From positions 19,489-83,488 of the forward strand of contig CAMDAF010000006.1 in the NCBI GenBank assembly GCA_945888525.1: DNA of 64,000 nt, given 5' to 3'. Origin of the DNA: Chitinophaga pinensis (GTDB lineage Bacteria; Bacteroidota; Bacteroidia; NS11-12g; UBA955). Below, piece by piece: positions 57,064-64,000 of the stretch (the stretch's first letter is position 1; every line of letters begins with the position of its first letter). A program made the position numbers and the translations under genes. Under the pieces are notes generated by a model, which saw only the letters and a program-made list of their open reading frames with translations, was not told the DNA's origin and ran no database searches.

Positions 57064-57999
57064 TTAGATTTTTACCACATCGCGTTTGTCTTTCTTTTTC
57101 ATTTTGTTAGGCATGGTTGACATGATTTCGTCAGAAAGTGTTTTAATTAATTTCTTTTTCACAAAATGCCTATGTGTAAACATACTGATTTCGCGAACCG
57201 GTTCAGGCGATTTAAAATAGCGCACCAATTCCATCTGATCGTCGCCCATATCCAATACAGATAGCTCTGGCAAAATGGTAACTCCATCGTCTTGTTCCAC
57301 CAAGCGCTTCAGCGTTTCTACGCTACCTGTTTGGTATTCAAAACGGGCTTTATTGGTGTCTTTCTTGCGCTCACCGCAAATATTGATAACCTGGTTGCGC
57401 ATGCAATGCCCTTCGTTTAAAATCCAAATGTCTTCAAGATCCAAATCAGTTCCCTTTAAGGTTGTCTTTTTCGATAATTTATTAGAAGGTGCAACATAGG
57501 CTACAAATTCTTCGTAATACAAAACTTCCTCATTCAAATTTTTATCTTTTATCGGCGAAGCCATGATGCCACAATCCAATAAATCATTCTTTAATTGATA
57601 GATAATTTGCTCGGTGGTTAGTTCATTCACCACCAAATTCACTTCTGGATATTTGTTTAAAAACTTAACCAAGAATCTTGGGATTAAATATGGTGCAACC
57701 GTTGGGATAATCCCCAAACGCAAATTGCCTTTTATAATTCCTTTTTCATCTTGAATGAGTTCTATAATTTTGCTGTGTTCTTTTAAAACATTGCGGGCTT
57801 GAGCGATAATATCTTCGCCAATATGGGTTGGAACCACAGGCTGCTTGCTTCTATCGAAAACCTTCACGCCCAATTCATCTTCTAGCTTTTGTATTTGCAT
57901 ACTTAGAGTTGGTTGGGTTACAAAACAACTGTCGGCAGCATTCACAAAGTTCCTGTGGGTGTCGAGCGCTATGATGTATTCTAATTGTGTTATAGTCAT
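57064..57999 (-). CDS. oxyR: LysR-family transcriptional regulator, OxyR-like (hydrogen-peroxide-inducible genes activator)
   Basis: The N-terminal HTH reads MTITQLEYIIALDTHRNFVNAADSCFVTQPTLSMQIQKLEDELG. The two redox Cys lie in the context EGHCMRNQVINICGE, which parallels the EGHCFRDQ...C of OxyR. The track start at 58020 is TTG. Confidence 0.7.
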   Translation of the reverse strand: MTITQLEYIIALDTHRNFVNAADSCFVTQPTLSMQIQKLEDELGVKVFDRSKQPVVPTHIGEDIIAQARNVLKEHSKIIELIQDEKGIIKGNLRLGIIPTVAPYLIPRFLVKFLNKYPEVNLVVNELTTEQIIYQLKNDLLDCGIMASPIKDKNLNEEVLYYEEFVAYVAPSNKLSKKTTLKGTDLDLEDIWILNEGHCMRNQVINICGERKKDTNKARFEYQTGSVETLKRLVEQDDGVTILPELSVLDMGDDQMELVRYFKSPEPVREISMFTHRHFVKKKLIKTLSDEIMSTMPNKMKKKDKRDVVKI

Positions 58000-58097
58000 A
58001 ATTGATAATTTTTGGTGCAAATATAAGCACGCCCAATTAAAGGAACAATTAATCTAGAACAAGAAACTGTTTTTTTCGACCAACGTCGAGAATTGGT

Positions 58098-58748
58098 TTA
58101 TCCAAAGATACCGAATACTGTTAGTAAGGCATATAATGCACCGAATCCCCAATACAAGTTGAGAACCCCAAAGCCGACAAAACACAACAACAGGGAAATC
58201 CAAAAGTGAATGTTAATTTCACCAAAATACAAATACACGGCTAAAGGCGGAATTACAATGGCAAGAATGATTAATATTAATAAACCAACATCTGAGTCAT
58301 GACTTTCATGCGCACTGCTGGCACTTGCGATTTTCAAAGGCGCTTTCTGAACCATCTTACTTGCATTGGCTTTGATATTAGAAACAATTTTTGAACCCAT
58401 GGCTGTATTGGCTATCACTTGCTTACTCGCCTTTACCGTTGACATTTTAACCACATCTGGTTTTACTGTTGATGGAGAGGCCTCAGGACTTATCACGAAG
58501 CTTTCTTTTTTAGATTCTCCAAAAGCAAGTTCTTCTTTTGATTCAGGGGCATCAGCAAGCAAAATACTTTCAACTTTCTTGCTCTTTCTTACACTTACTT
58601 TCTGGGCTGCACCCTTATCTTCTTTGGCGGCGAACCAATCGATGTTTAAGCCTCGGCTGTATCTTTTTTGAGAAATAGACAAGCTTCCGCATGAACTTAA
58701 AACCAATGCCATGATGGCAACAATGCTGATGTAGTTTGACGTTTTCAT
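58098..58748 (-). CDS. Lipoprotein with C-terminal YqaE/Pmp3-like membrane domain
   Basis: It has a lipobox (LSSCGS). The C-terminal 60 aa are two TM helices resembling the UPF0057/Pmp3 family. Confidence 0.4.
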   Translation of the reverse strand: MKTSNYISIVAIMALVLSSCGSLSISQKRYSRGLNIDWFAAKEDKGAAQKVSVRKSKKVESILLADAPESKEELAFGESKKESFVISPEASPSTVKPDVVKMSTVKASKQVIANTAMGSKIVSNIKANASKMVQKAPLKIASASSAHESHDSDVGLLILIILAIVIPPLAVYLYFGEINIHFWISLLLCFVGFGVLNLYWGFGALYALLTVFGIFG

Positions 58749-58763
58749 TTCGATTTTTATTAT

Positions 58764-59264
58764 TTAATTAAATAGAATAAGTGCTTGGTTTTTATCTACT
58801 GCTTGTTTTTCTGAAACAACAATCTGCTTAATCACGCCATCAATTGGCGATTTGATCACATTTTCCATTTTCATGGCTTCTAAAATCAAAATTGCATCCC
58901 CCTTTTTCACTTCTTGGTTCTCGCTTACCTTAATGCTCAAGACCAAACCTGGCATCGGCGCTTTAACCTCATTGATTTTAGGCTTAGACACTTGATCAAG
59001 TCCCATGCTGTGCAAGAGCTGATCGAAACGGTCTTTGATGCCAACCTCATAGGTCCTGCCATCAAATCCAATCTTATAGGTTTTCGACTCAGCATCAAAA
59101 GACAAGATCTCAAAATAATAAGAATGCTCTTTGTAAATCAAATGAAAAAATTTACCGTCTTGCACGGAAATGACATCCATCAATGATTCGTTTCCGTTCA
59201 CTGTGGCTTTGTTTCCTTGAATGTCAACCCTTATGGTTTTCTGATGCACAATTGCTTCTAACAT
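58764..59264 (-). CDS. Biotin/lipoyl-attachment domain protein (biotin carboxyl carrier-like)
   Basis: The C-terminal motif ILEAMKMENVIKSPIDGVIKQI carries the biotinyl-Lys within the EAMKM signature. Confidence 0.55.
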   Translation of the reverse strand: MLEAIVHQKTIRVDIQGNKATVNGNESLMDVISVQDGKFFHLIYKEHSYYFEILSFDAESKTYKIGFDGRTYEVGIKDRFDQLLHSMGLDQVSKPKINEVKAPMPGLVLSIKVSENQEVKKGDAILILEAMKMENVIKSPIDGVIKQIVVSEKQAVDKNQALILFN

Positions 59265-59287
59265 AGTTGTGCAAAGGTAGATAATTA

Positions 59288-62200
59288 CTATTTCTCTACA
59301 ACAAATTTTATCAACCGAACACCTATTTTAAGGGTGTAAATTCCAGAAGCCAATTCAGTTGTATTGATCTCCAGCTTGGCTTGGTCTGCAAGCAAAGTCT
59401 TTACAATTTTGCCATGAATATCAACAATCTCAAGTTTCTCGTTGAGCAGCTCTGCGTCCAATAGGTCCACATACAATACATTTTTACTCGGATTTGGATA
59501 AAGATTTATGCCCCCGGTGTAATCAAATACTATACTTGATTTTTCATCCACCCTAAATGTAGTTTGTAAAACGTTGTTGCTCGGCACTTGGTCCATCGGA
59601 TAGTACACATTCAAATATGCCTTGTATCTCCCTTTGTTTAAATCCACAAATGACAAGACTTTCATCATATCTATCTCACGGGTTTCATTAGGCAATAAAT
59701 TCTGAATGTAGGTGCTGTCAATGTATACCAATTTCTCAGTCAGATTAACCGTATCCAATTCATTTATTTTTAAGACGCCATAAAAACCGCTTAAGACTTT
59801 TTTCGAACCGTTGTTGATGCGGACATGCGGGGTAATTGAAGGCTCACTTTTCAAGTAGGTTTGCAAATTCAATGGTTTGGTAACTGAAACCGCCACTGCA
59901 TCATACAAGACCATATAGCGACTTTCTCCATTGCAGGTATCATTTAAACTGTATTGGTCTTTTGTCCAAGTGGTAAATGCTTTAAGCGAAACAGACAATA
60001 CCGAGCCGATACCAAAAGATGGAAACTTCAAACGCAAAGTATCTTTTCCATTCATGCTCGAATCGAGTTTGACTTGATACAATAGCACTTTATTTTGCTT
60101 GTTAAATATTTGCAGGGTAGTACTGAACCTATCCGACACAATGCTATCTCCATATTTAACCACTTCAACTATGCTTTCTACATCTTGAATATTGGTCAAC
60201 AAGGTGTCATTTAACGTCGGAAAAATAATCCTGCTAGCGCCAATGTCATTTGATTTGGCTGTATTGTAAACCCCTTTTATGGTATCATTTTTCTTAATGA
60301 AGTCTTTGTTCAAACTGGTATAAACCTCAACATTGTACTGACTCAAATCGTCTAGTTTCAAAGTGGTATCTAGAGTAAATGTTTTTGTCTCACCACTGTC
60401 TATGGTAATTAATTTCACTTTTAGATATTGAATATTCACACCTTTACTTACTTTAAAAATTAGAGGGAAAGGAGTGTTCTGAGGAGAATAACCATTGTTA
60501 CGGACTGTCACTTGGGTTGGATAAACCCTATTTAATTGCAAAACACTGTTGATGTTTGGCGAAATAGAAACCAATTCAACATCATCAGGAACACCCACAG
60601 CAAAAATACTTTTTAAAGTGTCATTTCCACGGAACTGATCTAGTCCTAAGTTTGAATAAACCATCATGTTGTAATAACCCTTCAGTGTTGGTTTAAATGT
60701 TTTGAAAATTAATGACTGCGGAATGGTTCTAAAACAATTAACGGAGATGGAATCTCGGTAAATCAAGGTATTCTTATAGTATATATCGCATATCGATGTA
60801 AATGGATCTGCTTGGTTAAAGTCGCCCAAATTCTCCAAGACGGCCTCCGGATTTTTACTGGCTACTGGAGGAGATAAACTTTGATTGTTTGAAGGATAAA
60901 CAATAGATGTTATCGCCACATCATTGCTGCGAACAATCTTAAATGTTCGTCTAACGGTATCATTGGTTTTATCGATATCAATACCCAATTCGGAGTAGGC
61001 CCTAAAATGATAAGTACCTTTAACATCGCAAGGGAAAGTTTTAAATGAAGCCAATACACTGTTCAAAGGCGTAAGCGTGAAAGACTTAACATCAGAATAA
61101 ATCAAGACATTGCTGCTGTCGTATATTTCGGCGCGCACATTGAAAGGTCCTTGCTTGTCTAGACCATAATTTTGAATAAATACCGTGGGATACATGGTGT
61201 CAACAAATTGCTCATAGTCGTATCCGCTTGAGGGGTCAAAAATAGTGGTTGGGCCAACATCTTTGTACACTGCAACTATAAACTTACTGCGCAAGGTGTC
61301 ATTGTCCCGCATCTCATCATTCGACAGTTGTGTCATCACCTGAATATCATAGTCACCGGCTTGGGTTGGCAAGAAACTAGAATCAAATGTTATGGTGCGT
61401 TTCAAACCAGAGCTTAATGAATCGCTTTTGGTCGAGGTATATTCCAAATTGCCATACCTAAATATATTTAATTTGATGTTAAATTTCTTGGTTTGATTGG
61501 CAGAACCATAATTTAAAATGCTAACCTTCGGCGCCATTTTAACAATATTCAAAAGCTTAACCGTATCCTTCGGAACCAATACCTTAATGGGCGCCACATC
61601 ATTTACCGTTTGCAAGCGTGGTTCTATAGCAAATTTAAATGGTGCATCCGGGGCAAAGTCGACCCAAGCGGTGTCGCCCATTGGCGCTGCATAATAAAAA
61701 GTTTTGCGCCGCACTGGAACTTCTGGCTGGTAACCAAAGGCGACATTAACAGTCCCAATTTGTCTAACACCCACATAAAAACTTCCTTGAATTGGAACGG
61801 GGGGCAATACAGGAGTTACGAAACTTGGTAAAGTTTGCAGCGTATCTGAAGTCCACACATTAGTGCCTGGAGAACCTCCAGGTCCATTGGCTTTCCAAAT
61901 ACCCAATTTGAATTTTTGGTTAGAGCCTGCAAAACTTACACTTATTTGGTTGATTGAATCCTTGGTTCCAGAATAAAACTTGGCCACAAAATCGCCAGTG
62001 GTGCCATTAAAACCGATACCTCCAACGATTGGCTTAGTGGGGTCTTTGTATGAATAAACATTGCTGGTTGCCAAGCGAAATCCAGAAACAGAATTATTGG
62101 AATTCCCCTGATCATTTTGAACACTCGCCGTTAACGTATCCATGCCTAGATTTGTTGGATACAACAAAGGCATCTTAACGAGCTTTTCTTCTAAATATCC

Positions 62201-63040
62201 TAAGGTATAGGTTGCAGAGTCGTATAAATTGTTTGCGCCCTTGCTTCGCAAATACATTTTAAAAGTGGCCGCTTTCTTTCCTACGTTTTGAACGATGGAT
62301 TTAACGGTATCAGGATTGCCATTGGGAATGGGCAATTTACCCAAGCTGTATAGTTTTAAAACACTTAAATCAAAATCACTTCTTGGAAATTCTATTCGAA
62401 TGGTCGGATGCCATTCTGTTGAAGAATTGGTGGTATCGGTTATAGTTCCGCCATTGCTTCTAACAAATTTGGTTTGATTGGCCGCATAGCCACTTACAGT
62501 TCCACTGTTTTCAAAATTCCAAAATATGTTTGAAGTCTGAGAAGTAACTTGAGTGTATTCGACCAAAATCTCTAAATTTTTACCTAATACCGTATCAACC
62601 ACATAAGGATTGTTAAAGACCAAACGCACCCAACCATTTACACTGTCAAAATCATTTTTAGGACTTTGATCGTAAACCTTTTTCATCCCTGTGGTACCGG
62701 TCAAATTGACCCAATTTACATTTCTGCTTCCGTAACTTGAATTTACTGTGGTGCGCATATATACCTTCAAATTACAAGTACCCACAAGGGCACCACCGCC
62801 ATTGCGCATAAACGAAATACTGCGTATGCTGTCGTTGTCCAACAATCCACTAACGACAGATTGCGGGAAAATATAGGCATAACGCGAAGATGCATTGGCC
62901 GATGTGCTGGTGTTTGCAGGACCGGCCAAACTTGATCCAGTAAAACTGCCATTCCCTAAAATAAGAACTTGGGCGCTAACACTTTGCATGCAAAGCACTA
63001 TGATTGTTGCTAAAAAGTATATATTGTAAAATCTCTTCAT
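59288..63040 (-). CDS. Very large (1250 aa) secreted protein with T9SS C-terminal sorting domain, function unknown
   Basis: It has a signal peptide and a long beta-rich body. The CTD reads NLYPNPSKNVLYVDLL...GIYTLKIG. Confidence 0.6.
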   Translation of the reverse strand: MKRFYNIYFLATIIVLCMQSVSAQVLILGNGSFTGSSLAGPANTSTSANASSRYAYIFPQSVVSGLLDNDSIRSISFMRNGGGALVGTCNLKVYMRTTVNSSYGSRNVNWVNLTGTTGMKKVYDQSPKNDFDSVNGWVRLVFNNPYVVDTVLGKNLEILVEYTQVTSQTSNIFWNFENSGTVSGYAANQTKFVRSNGGTITDTTNSSTEWHPTIRIEFPRSDFDLSVLKLYSLGKLPIPNGNPDTVKSIVQNVGKKAATFKMYLRSKGANNLYDSATYTLGYLEEKLVKMPLLYPTNLGMDTLTASVQNDQGNSNNSVSGFRLATSNVYSYKDPTKPIVGGIGFNGTTGDFVAKFYSGTKDSINQISVSFAGSNQKFKLGIWKANGPGGSPGTNVWTSDTLQTLPSFVTPVLPPVPIQGSFYVGVRQIGTVNVAFGYQPEVPVRRKTFYYAAPMGDTAWVDFAPDAPFKFAIEPRLQTVNDVAPIKVLVPKDTVKLLNIVKMAPKVSILNYGSANQTKKFNIKLNIFRYGNLEYTSTKSDSLSSGLKRTITFDSSFLPTQAGDYDIQVMTQLSNDEMRDNDTLRSKFIVAVYKDVGPTTIFDPSSGYDYEQFVDTMYPTVFIQNYGLDKQGPFNVRAEIYDSSNVLIYSDVKSFTLTPLNSVLASFKTFPCDVKGTYHFRAYSELGIDIDKTNDTVRRTFKIVRSNDVAITSIVYPSNNQSLSPPVASKNPEAVLENLGDFNQADPFTSICDIYYKNTLIYRDSISVNCFRTIPQSLIFKTFKPTLKGYYNMMVYSNLGLDQFRGNDTLKSIFAVGVPDDVELVSISPNINSVLQLNRVYPTQVTVRNNGYSPQNTPFPLIFKVSKGVNIQYLKVKLITIDSGETKTFTLDTTLKLDDLSQYNVEVYTSLNKDFIKKNDTIKGVYNTAKSNDIGASRIIFPTLNDTLLTNIQDVESIVEVVKYGDSIVSDRFSTTLQIFNKQNKVLLYQVKLDSSMNGKDTLRLKFPSFGIGSVLSVSLKAFTTWTKDQYSLNDTCNGESRYMVLYDAVAVSVTKPLNLQTYLKSEPSITPHVRINNGSKKVLSGFYGVLKINELDTVNLTEKLVYIDSTYIQNLLPNETREIDMMKVLSFVDLNKGRYKAYLNVYYPMDQVPSNNVLQTTFRVDEKSSIVFDYTGGINLYPNPSKNVLYVDLLDAELLNEKLEIVDIHGKIVKTLLADQAKLEINTTELASGIYTLKIGVRLIKFVVEK

Positions 63041-63245
63041 GAGGCGTTATTGGTATAGAAATGATTCTTGTCTTTTTCGATTTTGTAAAAATAACGTTTT
63101 TCGTGTAAAACAAAAAAAACGTCCTTTTTTTTTGTCATATTATGACCAAACGGTGGCAGATAGGCACAGATTCAAAGAATTCAAGTTGCTTACAAAGGTT
63201 TACAATTGGAAATACAACGAATTGAATTTATATTTGCAATAAATT

Positions 63246-64000
63246 ATGCCATTTAAAGTATCAAATGAAACTAAAGTAGGTGCACTCGCTGCAATAGCAA
63301 TTACCTTTTTAGTCTTAGGATACAATTTCCTAGCTGGTCAAGGTAGTTTTTTTTCAAAAAAATACACCTTAAATGCAATATTGACCGATGTTACAGAAAT
63401 TAGCAAATCCACTCCTGTATTGTTTAATGGCTATAAAGTTGGCAATGTTACAGACGTTGAGTTGTTAAAACCAGGAGGCAAATTCAAAGTTTATTTTGTA
63501 ATCAATGAGGACATTGATATTCCAGAAGGTTCTAGTGTTAAAGTGAGCAGCGCACTTTTGGGAGGCAAAGCTTTAAATTTGTTGTTTAGCAAAAATACCA
63601 AGCTGGCCGAAAGTGGCCAAACCTTGCAATCTATGGCCGACACCACCTTGATGGAATCCATGAGCAATGTATTAAAACCATTGAATGCAAAAATCAACAG
63701 CATTGTAACTTCTCTAGATAGTATTTTAGCCAATGGCGAATTAAACCGCTCACTTGCTAATTTCAATAAATCTTTAAAATCATTTACCCGCACCAGCGAC
63801 AACGCATCGGTAATATTGGAGCAAAGCATGCCTAAATTGAGCAACATCATGGGCAATGTTGAAAGCATCACACAAAACTTAAAAAACAACAACGATAAAA
63901 TCAGTTTGACCATAGCCAATTTGAAAACTACCTCAGACAATTTGGCTGCCCTTAAATTGAAAGAAACGGTGGATAAAGCCAATGAAGCACTTACACAAAT
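63246..64000 (+). CDS. mlaD: MlaD/MCE-domain protein (ABC-transporter periplasmic component), 3' end outside the window
   Basis: The frame is open from ATG 63246 to the window end (MPFKVSNETKVGALAAIAITFLVLGYNFL...NGYKVGNVTDVELLKPGGKFKVYF). It is absent from the ORF track, presumably because no stop falls in the window. The opposite-strand track ORF 63491-63982 is rejected. Confidence 0.65.
   Translation, partial: MPFKVSNETKVGALAAIAITFLVLGYNFLAGQGSFFSKKYTLNAILTDVTEISKSTPVLFNGYKVGNVTDVELLKPGGKFKVYFVINEDIDIPEGSSVKVSSALLGGKALNLLFSKNTKLAESGQTLQSMADTTLMESMSNVLKPLNAKINSIVTSLDSILANGELNRSLANFNKSLKSFTRTSDNASVILEQSMPKLSNIMGNVESITQNLKNNNDKISLTIANLKTTSDNLAALKLKETVDKANEALTQ

Noticed and set aside
63491-63982. 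163-aa minus-strand ORF at the window end
   Set aside because: The plus strand carries an open MlaD/MCE-domain frame from ATG 63246 to the window edge with a clear family-like N-terminus. The minus-strand ORF is its shadow.

Overview
This window looks like a chromosomal segment from an AT-rich member of the Bacteroidota. The basis is Bacteroidetes-type -7 promoter motifs (TAnnTTTG), at least six proteins carrying type IX secretion (T9SS) C-terminal sorting domains, and GldH-like and OmpH/Skp-like proteins. Most of the roughly 55 protein genes are housekeeping. They include the 3' end of nrdA, xth, nadK, ndk, a Ppx/GppA phosphatase, infB, recX, rplS, acnA, murI, queA, rdgB, ilvE, ruvA, pyrF, an AhpC-type peroxiredoxin, an OxyR-like LysR regulator, a fatty-acid desaturase, comF and a 5' partial mlaD. 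A tmRNA gene (ssrA) lies at about 2653-3020. No rRNA, tRNA, CRISPR array, integrase or transposase was recognised. The unusual content, in order of interest:
- a family of G-rich 'GGGTCTAGGG/GGGGTTAGGG' repeat elements, five copies at 4866-6622, all lying just 3' of stop codons in sense orientation
- a different GC-rich ~87-bp element present 3' of both ndk and infB, in inverted orientation 16 kb apart
- a signal-peptide protein built of six to seven 27-aa tandem repeats, next to an archaemetzincin-type (peptidase M54) metalloprotease lipoprotein
- an RluB-type pseudouridine synthase with a ~390-aa N-terminal K/R/G/Y/P-rich tandem-repeat extension
- a triple ~112-bp tandem array just downstream of ssrA
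- a 1066-aa chimeric membrane protein (polysaccharide-export-like module, GT-C-like transmembrane core, TPR repeats)
- a small Cys-rich ORF missed by the ORF track
- a truncated CoA-binding gene next to a MITE-like segment
Several track ORFs begin at TTG codons. Where a better in-frame ATG (often followed by a signal peptide) exists, starts were re-set. Coordinates can be off by about one base.
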